From Folioceros fuciformis (lineage: Eukaryota), in contig JBNGIO010006333.1 of NCBI GenBank assembly GCA_049999805.1, positions 417,493 through 478,364 on the forward strand: a stretch of 60,872 bases of DNA, in the 5' to 3' direction. Of the stretch, positions 49,658 through 60,872 are shown one piece after another. Each line of letters starts with the position of its first letter. Within the stretch, counting starts at the first letter, position 1. The notes under the pieces are model-generated. The model did not search any database. It was not told where the DNA came from and was given only the letters and a program-made list of their open reading frames with translations. The position numbers and the translations under genes were made by a program.

Positions 49658-49839
49658 TGAAGTGTATTCATTTTATTAAGTGATGAGCAGATCGTTCTGC
49701 GTTCTTTCTTATTTAACCGCAGCACATGTCAACAACGGATACCGGTAAAATCCGTCTTGATGGAACGTCCCGGGTCTCTCCAAATGTAACCAAGGAACAC
49801 AAGGCTTGATGTTCAAGCACTAGTTGAACGTCATGTCGA

Positions 49840-50103
49840 TTACTTGCTAGCAGGCTGTCATGTTGACCGAGTACCATGTCAGTCCCCGGGACCCCCTACC
49901 TGGCTTACTTGCTAGCAGGCTGTCATGTTGACCGAGGACCATCTCAGTCCCCGGGGCCCCCTAGCCTGGCTTACTTGCTAGCAGGCTGTCATTTTGACCG
50001 AGTACTATCTCAGTCTGCGAGACCGCCTAGCCTGGCTTACATGCTAGCAGGCTCTCATTTTGATCGAGTACTATCTCAGTCCCCGAGACTGCCTAGCCTA
50101 GCT
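49840..50103. repeat. 65-66-bp tandem minisatellite x4 followed by a small hairpin
   Basis: TTAC(T/A)TGCTAGCAGGCT starts at 49840, 49905, 49971 and 50037; GCTCGGTC-GCT-GACCGAGC at about 50106-50124. Confidence 0.9.
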
Positions 50104-50559
50104 ATGCTCGGTCGCTGACCGAGCACAGACCGCTTTTTTAGACCTTTGTCATTAAATATAATAAATATTAAATAAATAATTTATAAATAATCATATAAAG
50201 ATAAAAATATAAATTTCTCGTATATCCTATAATGGGGGCTGATCTTTTCAAGCTTTAAAAATACCATTCCAATATATTTCTTTAACGAACCATTGATGAA
50301 TATTCATCAATGCATCAAGGGGTAGAATATTATGATTAGTTCTCATGTTATTCATCACAAAATATTATAATTAGTTTTCATGTTATTTATCACAAAATAT
50401 TATGATGAGTTCTCATGTTTAGATCTCATGTTATTTATATATGATTAGTTCTCATGTTATTCATCACACAGTTTCGTTTAAAAAATCTTCACTCACATAT
50501 AATAGTATTTAGTACAAGAGTATTTAGTAAGTGTTTAGTACAAGAGTATTTAGTACAAG

Positions 50560-52900
50560 AAGACTTCAAGATGGACACAAATGTTAGAACTCAAGGTGAT
50601 ACACCCCATTAACTACAAAAGGTTACAATATTAGTATTTGTATCCAAAAAATTAGTTCTAAACTTTTTTAACAATATCTCTAACAAAGTATTAACTAACT
50701 GTATATACTCGTTTCCATCGTCAAGAAAAAATTTATTAGGATTTAATATATGACAAGTATGCAACACACAAAGATCAAAAAAACTTATTATTCAATGCAT
50801 CAACAACAGGCAAAGCATATTTGTTAGCACTAGTTATGCAAGAACTTAGTTTGCTTTCCGAATAGTTAGATATTAAAAAACTCTCATACACTCCATGCCT
50901 TTTTTTTAAGTTTTTAATGAAAGAGAAAAGGTTTCTACTTCCCATACTCACCTTATTAATTTTATATACACTTTTAACTTGCTCAACAAACGGCGGCCCA
51001 GAACAAGATCCTTCTCGTCTGCACAACTCTTCAGAACAGTGTAAAAGAGGGATTTCAAAATGCTGCAGTCTGTCAGCACTAGAATGCCCAATGCCTCAAC
51101 AGCATTCGGGAGATGGCCCTGACGACACAGGCTGCTCACGGTCCCCCCTTGTAGAATCTATGAGGGGAGCTATGCTAACAGTTAACAAAGCTTGGAAAAC
51201 AATCTTCCCTTGCAAAGAAGGAGAACTACTCGGACCCTTATTGGCTTTTGGTCAATTTAGGCTCTCATCCTCTTGAGAAAATTTAAATAAAATTAGTAAT
51301 AGACAAACTATTATACTCATGGCTTACCCTCTAGATGAACATCATGAATTCTTGACATAATTAAGACTTGTATTTTTAATTGCACTTGCAATTCATGCAA
51401 AGCCATAGTCTTCTTATTTAAATATTGAAGAGCACCGTGCAATTTAATTTCTTGACAATCTTGTCCGCCATCTCAAAGTCGAGAACCTTGGATGTTATCT
51501 TTGCAACTGCAAGCACTGTACTGTGAGCAATACAATGAGTTTCAACAAAATACAAATTTGCATTATGTAAAACCTTCATAACATTGTAATTTCCTTAGCC
51601 TCTGTTCTTACCAGCCTTTATTGATTTTCCATTGCTCCCAAATCCACTCATTTTTTTTATGTCCATATTAAAGAGTTACAATAGCTCAACCAAGGTGTTG
51701 AACATCTTTTTTGCACGCGCACTTGTAACATCGGCTAGCTTCAAAAGCTTCATTCGTACTATCCCATTATGCAAATAATACACATAAATAATTATATGTT
51801 GTACCATCGTTGTTAAGCATGATTGTGTGCTATCACTTAGATGCATGCAAATAGTAATTAGTTAATAATTAAGTGATGCTAATAAATAGTATTAGTAGTA
51901 ATTAATAACTATTTAGTGAATATTATTAGAAAATATAATATAATATAAAGTCAACTAGATAGACACACAACTAGATGTGTGGATGTGGATGCGGCAGGCA
52001 TACAAAACTAGCTCAACAATGTCCGCTGCAGTAATAAGCTTCTAAAAGTAAAGCGTTTGCTTCCTTTAGACACTACAAAATCTCTTCCATTTGCATCCAC
52101 ACTTCTCAGAGCTGTAACTTGGCTTCTCACATCCTCGATCGGGTCACATGATCTTGCACATTGCGCACACGCACACCTTAACCGCATTTGTAACAAGAGA
52201 GTCCACAGAGTTGCAGCACCATTATGCAGTGTTTAATGTGTGTATAATGTGGCGTGGTGAGAGTATTATTAACTAATAAACTATGCATGAGTGTGATGTT
52301 TAGTGGCATAGCACGACATTGTCTTGTTTGTCCCCTTGTCTATGAGTATGCCATACCATGGACTTGCATACAACCTCTTCTTTTATTGGTTACGTAAAAA
52401 TTGGCTATGAAAACCATGTCTTCACCTCTTGAATGCCTTCCACTCCAATATCCCCCATGAACTCACAAACGTCCTTGTACATATAGAAACTCAAATCCTT
52501 CCTAACAATGAAATAGATGAACTTCAACAAGTTGAGAATCTCCTTATCCGTTTTGGAAAAATATATTTTCAAAGTTCGCTACATGGTTGGTTGTTGAGCA
52601 TTAGCTTGGGCTTGCTCCATCTTCAATGACGCTAAATGATATGTACTCCTTGCATGGTCCTCTAATGCACTCTTTTAGAAGCTCTAAATGCCAACTTTCA
52701 TCCGATCTTGAGTTGCAGCCTTAGCTTGTCTCACTACACCATGACCATGTTTTTCATAAACAACATAAAATATTCGATTTTCTTCATTGATTGAGTGCAA
52801 CTCCACCCAACGAAATGACATGTTCCATTCTTTCTTAAAGACTCTTGTCTTTTGCACCTTTTGTCTCTTTTGACTATGTTAGCTTGTTTGGCTATTGTCG
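50560..52900 (-). mobile_element. Highly degenerate hAT transposase remnant (ZNF862/C17orf113-like)
   Basis: SALEDHARSTYH (TTF-type Zn finger), FIYFIVRKDLSFYMYKDVCEF, WYGILIDKGTN (first catalytic Asp region), KMSGFGSNG, THCIAH...LA (CxxH). AT-rich, with many stops. Confidence 0.65.
50990..51140 (-). pseudogene. PPR N-terminal fragment embedded in the hAT remnant
   Basis: SSLCRQGHLPNAVEAL...LKSLFYTVLKSCADEKDLVLGRR parallels ISKSLFCAVLKQCVAKKDLVLGCR at about 31680-31750. Confidence 0.75.
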
Positions 52901-52989
52901 CCACTCCTTGTTTAATCGTCACATGAAACCCCTCCAAAAACAACCAGATATTGAACTTTGAGAAAAATGAGTCATTTATACTTGTAAAG

Positions 52990-53018
<29 letters not shown>
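52990..53018. repeat. (TA)n microsatellite
   Basis: Directly visible. Confidence 0.95.
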
Positions 53019-53020
<2 letters not shown>

Positions 53021-54815
53021 CACAAAGAGCCAAAAAAACAAAAGCTTAAAAAGAGATGAGCTATAGAAAGGAAGATCCCTTACCAAGAAATATCAACAAC
53101 GAGCAAGGAAAAGAATAAGGAGCACACACCACATTGAAGAGAGCAACAACGAGTGATGCTTCAAATACTGTGTTGTAACCTTATACGCACTCTTGACTCT
53201 TGAATAGTGTGTATTCATAGCATGAAAAGGTATTTCTATGATTGAAAAAGAGATGGAAAGTCCCATCTACTCCAAAGATTAATTAAAGGAACAATCCCAT
53301 TAGGGCCAAAGGCAAAAAGATGTACTCTCCCCTACGAATATCATTTTCTAAAACTACCTACTGCTCCCAAAATGTATGATGTGGAATAACAAAAGGCCTA
53401 CCTAAATGTATGATGTGGAATAACAAAAAGCCTACCTACCACCCGTGCCGAGAAGTGATAACATGATAGGATAAGAGTCCTATTTAAATCTACAGTTGAG
53501 ATATCATATTATAGTCCATCTTCATGGATGACCATCCATATCAACAAATTATTGTGTATATTAATAATTACAGTTAAAGTAGATGTATGAGCGGATGGTA
53601 TTAGATAAATAGAGATATAGCCCATGGATCCATGAGGTCAATGACTTTATGACCATACCAATTATAAGATGATCCATGTCTTCATAATAATTATCCTAGG
53701 ATATAAAATTAAATAATTTAAACCAAACATTTTTTGAACCTTTTGTCCCTAAAACCTTAAGTTCTAGGTTTTTTTAATGCATATGGAGATTGAGACCAAA
53801 TTTGGGACAAGGTCAAAATGACACCTTGCTCGCTAGGTACTCCAAGTTTTACAAGCTCAAATACCATTTCAAGAACCTCACGTGCCCTTTAATGGAGAAT
53901 CTGTCCCTTCAATGTAGCTCCTTATAGAAGAATTCCCCCTCTTGTGACAAAGAGTAGTGGTTGTGGGACAATTTTTCTTTTGAGACAAAGGGATAGTGGT
54001 TCTTAGCAAGGCCACAACTACCTCCAAGCATGCACAATTCTCTGGTAGCAAATCTTTGTCATATAAAAAATATGTTACACCCATGTCTTACACTAAGCCA
54101 AAATGTAAGAGTGCTAACCCATAACAATTGAATAAGGGTGCAAAAGACCCTCAGCTCTAGCTCATAACAACCTTGTTAATTTGCCTTTGAAGATAATAAT
54201 GGTTGAAATTATAAAATACTTTGTAAAAGGGGCTTTAGTCCAGGAAGTAATGAGAGCATGGACTACACCCATGTGGTCCTACTTTTCATATTTTCTTTTT
54301 AGTGGCAATATAGTGTTGCAACTAGGAAAATGCGAACCCAATGCGAACCCTATAGCTATGGAGGTTGAGGTGCTAATATGGGAATTTTATGAATTGGTCT
54401 CAAGCGTGAAAATTTAAAATTTTGGTTAATAGAATGCAAAAGGCCCTTGTATGGGTACATGAGGAGAAAATGGGGAACACGGATAAAGAGGAGCCCTTGG
54501 CCCCAATGTAGATGAACAGGATATTTTCAAGAATATGGGAAAAATATATGTACGGCCGGCAGAAGGGTTGCTACATGCCACTATGTGGGAGCACAGGTAA
54601 CCTCGTTAAAGGACGCCCACCTCCCGTGGCGAGCGAAGGAACAAAGACTGTGGGCCCTCACAGTTATGGCATGGTCGATTCGATCGGGCGAGCAGGGTGT
54701 AGTCACGGCCCATATGCTGATCCAATCGTACAGGCTCTTTTGTCACATGTGGTAGACGAGAGAGCGTCAGAGTGCACCACTTTTGACCTCCGAGTATGAT
54801 TGATTGAGTTGGGTG

Positions 54816-55373
54816 ATGGGAACGGGGGAAGTCGTCCCTTTGATCGATGTGAACCACTTCGTTGGGAAGTTGGGGGAACCGTGTGTGGAGGGAGACGCGG
54901 AAGTGGGAGCAGTTGTGAAGCAGCTGGATGAGGCGTGCAGAAGAATTGGGTTTTTCTACGTGAAAGGGCATGGGGTTTCTATGGAGTTGATGCAAAGGGT
55001 TGTGGATTTGAGTAGAGCCTTTTTTGGAATTCCTGAGGAAGACAAGTTTTGTATCAAGATGAGCAGTTCTACCTTTTACAGCCAGGGGGTATCAAAAACT
55101 GGCGGAGAACATCACCAAGAGGCAACCTAAATTTCACGAGGCTGTTGTTTTTTTCAAAGATTTGGTGCCTCACATCTCTACTTCCACACCTCAACATCCT
55201 TGTTACAATTCTAATCATTGGCCAGCCTCATTTCGACCTATCATGGAAGAGTATCTGACTCAACCGAAAGAGTTGGGAAGGAAAATCACACAAGACATAG
55301 CTCTTACACTGAGCAACCCTAAAGACGCATTTGAAGGTGAAAGAGGAGGAGATCCCTTTTGGATCCTAAGGGT
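54816..55373 (+). pseudogene. Intronless, frameshifted, 3'-truncated 2-oxoglutarate/Fe(II) dioxygenase (At3g50210/DIN11-like)
   Basis: VPLIDV...VVKQLDEACRRIGFFYVKGHG, frameshift, RGYQKLAENITK...HEAV, FEGERGGDPFWILRV. Ends before the HxD motif. Confidence 0.85.
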
Positions 55374-57520
55374 GAGTGGCGAGCGAGAGTAGTGAAGAGC
55401 GAGAGTAGGTTACGGCAAGATCAGGTTACGGCTGGCCGTAGGGGCCTGCCGCCGTAGAGGCCTGTAGCCGGGGGCTACAAGGCCCTGCAGGCCCCCATGG
55501 CTCGTGGGCGCTCGGTGGCCTCCCTAGGGCTGGGCTCTTTGTGAGGCCAGTTCGGGCGTGGGATTGGGGCTAGGTTTGGAGACCCTGGGGGGTTTGTCGC
55601 ACTCTAGTTTGCGGCCCTCCGTCCGGGTGGAGTTGGGTTTGGCGGATCTTTCATCCTTTTTGCTATTCTCCTTGTGTTATGGTGTCTTTTGGGATTCGAA
55701 ATTTCCGACTGGGTTGGAGATTTTTGGAGAGCTTTGGTTCTACAGTATTTCTACGTTTCGGTATTTAGGGCTAGAAGCCGGAATTATGCAGGCAGGTTGG
55801 AGTTGGCATGGTGTTTACTGTTGGTCTCTCTACGCCATTCTATTTTGTTCACTTATGGTACCTCATTCTTCCACGCCAGCCAAGAAAACCCCGTTCTTGT
55901 GTGCAATAATTTGTTCAAAGGAGTTATGGGGGTTAGGTGTCACTTGGTTAAAGCACACAAGGACTTTGATCGGACCCTTTGAGAGCTACAAGTCAGGGGT
56001 GCTTCTTTCATTACTGCTACTCCTTCAACTTCTCCTTCGGGTGGGCCCCTTGCTCCCTCGTAGGAATCTTGGTTGTGACTACAGTTGTAGGCTCCCCACG
56101 TTCTGACCCTTTATGAGACCTGCCTTTCGGGGCACGTTTGTTTCGACATCTCCTTAGGCATTTGCATGGTGATGTTCGTCTCGCATACAAGCTGCCATTG
56201 GAGCGCCTTGATTCGGACCCTCGGGATGAGTCAGCATGGACATAGTTCCTCTTTCTTCCCAGGAGGTGCCTTCATTGTTCCAGGGACAGCCTTTCTGGTC
56301 ATAGGGAAGAGGCCTCCTACCTTCGTCGGTTCCAAGTGGGGGATTGGGAGGCTTTACAGGTGGAGGGCAGCTGGGCTGTGAGATCAAGGTTGGAGTCCAA
56401 CAAGTTGGACCAAGTCCATCAGGATCCCGCGAAGGCGCGTCTCAAAAGGCGTCTCTTACTTGGTCGAGTGGAGGAGTTTGCTAGAGCCGCCAAGGCCTTT
56501 TGGCCGAAGCCGCTGGCGTTGCCCTCGAAGGAGACCATCGCCGCCCTCCATGCTTTGCATCCAAGCCTAGGTGATCCCATCCCTCAAGAGGTTCTGCAGC
56601 TTGTGCTCGAGGAGCCTTTTTGCCTTGATCGGGTTGTATTTGATCGAGCTCTCGTCACCGCACCAAGACTTTCTTCTGGTGGCCTATCCGGGACGGTCTA
56701 TGACCACCTCCGGGACTACTGTGCTCCGGAAGACCCTTCTAGTGGTTTCTCTGAGCTTTTTTCCTTAGCAGCTGTTGTGGCGCGGGGTGAAACTCCCCCT
56801 TAGATTGCTCTGGTCTTGGGTGCCAGCAAGGTGCTGGCTTCGGAGAAACCCACCCCATGAGTGCGCCCCATCACGGTGGGCGAGGCATTCTTATGGCTCA
56901 TTAGCCGCAACCATTGCTCTCCAGCTCAGCGAGCAGCTTCAGGCCCACTTCAGTCCCCACCAATTCGGCATTGCTACCCCAGGGGGCTATGAGGCGGTGG
57001 CCTTCAGGGTTAGAGCAATCTTGGACGTGCATCCATATTGGGTTGCCTTGCAGGTTGATGTGGAGGATGCCTTCAACACCGTCTCTATGGTGGCTATTTT
57101 TAACGAGCTGAAGGTTGTTGACAATCATTTGGAGTCTCTTATCCCCTTTGTCCGTTCCTTTTATAGTGCCCCATCTAATCTCTACTTTCAACACAAGCCC
57201 ACAACGGAGGAGGTCTAAGAGCTCAACTCAGCAATAGGTATGCACTATGGGGATCCCATGGGAGGGGCTCTCTTTGCTATGGCTCACTTCAGAGCCCTTT
57301 CAATTACCACTTCTGTGGTAGGGGGTTGTCTCTTCCCATCTGTGTCCCATGACATCCATCTTCTAGGTCCAAGGGATAAGGTTAAGCAAGCCTTTGAGCT
57401 TTTCTCAAAGGAGCTCTTACCCTTGGGCCTAAAAGTCAAGACTTCCAAGTGTAAGATTTGGTCTCCATCTAGTATCACTCCATGTTTACAATTTCCGGAG
57501 GGGAACTTTGATTCTCTATT
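55374..57520 (+). mobile_element. CRE-like (RLE-type) non-LTR retrotransposon, decayed and 3'-truncated
   Basis: FLFLPRRCL...RRFQVGDWEAL; SSGGLSG...DHLRD; VRPITVGEAF; PHQFGIATPGGYEAV; LQVDVEDAFNTVS; GMHYGDPMGGALFA; GLKVKTSKCKIW. The 5' boundary is approximate. Confidence 0.8.
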
Positions 57521-57562
57521 GGTTTAGGATTTAGGATTTAAACCCTAAACCCTAAACCCAAT
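57518..57562. repeat. Head-to-head telomere-like repeat palindrome
   Basis: GGTTTAGGATTTAGGATTT followed directly by AAACCCTAAACCCTAAACCC. Confidence 0.85.
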
Positions 57563-58435
57563 GCGTCGCGGAAAAACCCTATGTGTGCTGGCTAGCCTTC
57601 GGCGTATGGTGTTCTTTGGATGGACGGGGCATAACATGCTCGCTCCACCGGCTACCGGTGTCACATTGGGGTTCATCCACGACTGCACACATGCTTGCAT
57701 TAATAACTTGACTTTAGTTTTAGGAGTCGCCGATCCCGCGCCCCGCATGTGTTTAAAAAATGGGGACCGGAGGCTAGTATTAAGTGTACGAGACCCGAGC
57801 AGTGTACAAGGTAGTACCTTGTACACTGTTCATCCTTTGCACATCACGATGCTTGACTCTGAGAAATCAAACCCCTAAATCGTGGATAAGGGGACGCAAG
57901 GTGATCGTTCTTACACGTCACGTTTCGTTGAAATTAAATATATGTGACTGTATCGCAGACCTAAATGGAAAGGATAGAGCTAGTTGTTACACTCACCGAG
58001 CAAACTCAGCGCGATAATTGAATGAGGATCCTCAAGACATCCATGCATCTTCAAAAGTAGAGTGCAAATGGATGAGCCGTGTGTAAGCTACCCACTTCTG
58101 GGCCATGAAAAAGACAGCTCTCTCAGCCACAACACCGAAGGCCTGACTGCCGGCAATGAATTGCTACTATTATCTAGACCGATTGACCATCCATACATTA
58201 TACGTATACCTCCGCATCTGCACAGCCAACCTTAGACGACCCTGGGCCGTGGACACAATCCCAGTTGCTGGTCAGGCTGCGATCTCCTCTAAAGGCCCTG
58301 CATGGTCAGGGTGTCCACGACACAAAACTCTGCAGTCAGACATAGCATGGCTCAACGCCTTTACTGTCGCAACCACTAGTCCATCCAGCCCGTTATTGTT
58401 ATCTCTGGCAGGTTGGGTGTGAGTTCCCAGCAACA

Positions 58436-60872
58436 TCAGCGCGTCGTCACTCTCCGCTTGACCTTCCTCCTGGCAGGTTGTGGTGGCCTCAGCGGTTGAC
58501 CTGGTGCAGGTTGCCCTGAAGACGCTTGGACTGGGGAAGCTGGACCTGATGACGGTTGTCCTGTGGATTCTTGACTTGACAAAGCTGGACCTGAGGACAA
58601 CTGACTTGTTGCCGTGCTTTCCTTCAACTCCTTGTTTTGCTCTTTCTTGTCACCAAAGAAATCTGAGATGAAACCTGCATTGGGTATAACCCACCCACCG
58701 AAGGATTTTGCTGCCAGAGATGGTCTACGATAAGCCTTCTGTTGTCCCTCAAGCTGTGCGGCAGGAGCGACATCCATGCAAAGCCAGCTCACACGGGATG
58801 AATCCCCGACATAGATGTTCAGAAGCCTGGAGAGTAACATAAATTAGCAACGTGAGAAAAATCACAAAGGCCGGACAACGAGAAACCTCCAACAGGACAG
58901 CAAAGGCAGAATCCGACCTCAAGAGCGAGCTGAAGGCGATCACCACACCCACACTATTGAAACTCTGTTGCATAGCTCTCTCTGCTCCGTAAACAAGTTG
59001 GTAACGTAGGTTGCCAGAGAGTCCCAAGAAGGCTCCGTAAGCAAGGGCACTTGTGCTTGCTGACGGCACTGGGACCGACGGTCTGCAATCGTCCAACCAG
59101 TTGTTAAGTATCAGTATCCAGGAACATGGTAATTCCTGCGCTCGTATGACTTTCGTGCAAGGTGCTTACTTCTCTGTCCGCTTGCTGATGGCGTCTTTTA
59201 CCCTGGAAAGACCAGCTCCAACGGTTCCAGACACCATACCCACAAGACTCAATTCTGCAGCTTTGTAAAAGAAGCTGAACACTCTCTTTCGTGTGTCAAA
59301 CTCCCTCAAAGGATAGCTTTTGTCGAAGACATTGTTTGGCAGCTTCTGGATAGCATTTTGAAATTCGTACTTAAATGTGTTTCCGTATGATCGGCTGGGT
59401 GCAAGAGTCCAGCAGATAGCCATGTTACAGACAGCCATTGTGAGAACATTGGCAGCTGCGAGATCCCATTCCTCCCTTATCCTGGTGAACGACATTTGAA
59501 TCAGAAGTCGTTGTAAAGATACAGCCTTGCTTGAAACGAGTAGCAGAAAAGAAAACAAAATCAGCAAGCTACAAGAATTTCCGTAGCTGACCTCTCTCCT
59601 CGATGCTGGATTTCCCACCAGACGCCATAACCGATCGTAGCAGCCTGTTCAAGAACCAGTTTGGCCATGAACGATGGATCTGCAATTAAGCTGCGCCCCA
59701 GAGCCACAGTGACTTTAGTTCAAATACTTGCACGCTGCATTCAGCTGTACCCTTCACAGTCATGCAAGAAGGCTTAAGATCATTGACACACTTCAAGCAG
59801 TGATGAGGTTTTGTGATTCCACATCAGACCCAAGCGCCAAGTTCCACACTCACCGGCCGATAAAAGCCCTCGATATTGATGATGGCGTGATCCGTGACAC
59901 CGTCCTAGCCATCGTGGGCCTTGAGGTGATGGCCAAAAACCTGACCATTTGAGCCGAACTTATCAAACCCTGTCGACCATGCGCAGAGTTCAGAAGCTGA
60001 TTTGAAAACAGAACACTCAAAGGCATGGCCCGATCTGAAGCGGGTACTGACCATCTCTACAGCTTGACCAATTCCTGCTGGCATGTCGCTGGCTGTCCTG
60101 TACCATTCTTGAAGCACTGCCTCCACCACCTTCCGATCAAACAACTGGCATCGACAACCCCAGGCTTTGATCAGGCATACACATGCACCACCAGGGAAGA
60201 ACCAGAGGAAGCTAATCCCCAGGAGCATCTCATTATCACATTACACATATGTGTAATGCGCCTGGAGAAACGGTCAGGGGAAAGCAAAATCCACACACAA
60301 CACCTGGAAAAATCCTAAAACCCTGGCTAACCCACAAAACCCACCTCGGGAACAGCAACCCGCCGGCCGAAGATTCCACCATCGTCGCCCTCATCTCCAT
60401 CGTCAGCCTCCCCGAAATAGTCATCATCATCCCCGCCATCATCCCCCCCGTCTCCGCCGCCATGATGATTATTCTTCCCAATATCGCCCCCCCCACCACC
60501 ATCCTCCGTCTGTAACCAAAATGCGCCCTATCAGCAGCGACCCAAAACTCCAGACACCGGACACACATACAAAAGCTGACGCGCATACCATGGGCTGGGA
60601 CTTGGCCGTGGACTGCGAAATGTCCAACTTGGCCTTCTCCAGAGTGGCGCCTCCAAACGCCCCATACTTGCTCTTCATCACCGGCGCGATGGAGGAATTA
60701 ACGAGAAGGGCATCCACAATCCCGTCCAGCTGGCTGCCGCAGGTGCTGTCAGAAAAATCTGCAACCTGGCTGCACTCTAGGGGCATCAGGCGGCCCTGCC
60801 GTCCGTTGCCCCGCTTCCTTTCCAACGTCAACCGATGGCGCCTCCCAAGCCCCGCCCGCCATCCCACCTTCC
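58436..60872 (-). CDS. RETICULATA-related DUF3411 plastid envelope protein (At5g24690-like); 5' end probably outside the window
   Basis: YGAFGGATLEKAKLD; Gly/Asp-rich exon; LIADPSFMAKL; APSRSYGNTFKYEFQNAIQKLPNNVFDKSYPLREFD; AFLGLSGNLRYQLVYG. Confidence 0.9.

Noticed and set aside
50090-50135. Helitron 3' end (hairpin plus CTAG on the minus strand)
   Set aside because: Spacing is ambiguous, the CTAGs belong to the tandem array, and no 5' end or Rep/helicase sequence was seen.
53050-54500. Additional TE remnants in the AT-rich block
   Set aside because: Probably repeat-derived, but no termini or protein motifs could be supported.
1-60872. tRNA or rRNA genes
   Set aside because: None recognised by eye; only PBS-length tRNA-Met complements. 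A covariance-model search would be needed to exclude small ncRNAs.

Overview
Gene-dense land-plant nuclear DNA with short GT-AG introns. A hornwort is my best inference, from the tiny introns, several PLS-class PPR relics and a DYW:WW-type motif; a lycophyte or fern is not excluded. Recognisable genes: DUF674 fragment, GOT1, an orphan acidic ORF, HISN7/IMPL2, a SWEET transporter, a decayed PPR-DYW:WW gene, a BT1-like carrier, a plastid-type carotenoid cleavage dioxygenase next to an RDH-like SDR, a probably GPI-anchored aspartic protease, a truncated 2OG dioxygenase and a DUF3411 gene. The most notable feature is a three-level transposon nest at 1.7-11.6 kb: a long-TIR Mutator-like element contains a Copia element, which in turn contains a 3.2-kb TIR DNA element. 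That innermost element carries a bacterial-type beta-class N6-adenine/N4-cytosine DNA methyltransferase, a divergently oriented Tudor/SH3-barrel-like ORF and an array of 22-bp palindromes. This copy appears decayed. Also notable is a CRE-like non-LTR retrotransposon that ends in a head-to-head telomere-repeat palindrome. All family calls rest on motif recognition by eye; no searches were run.
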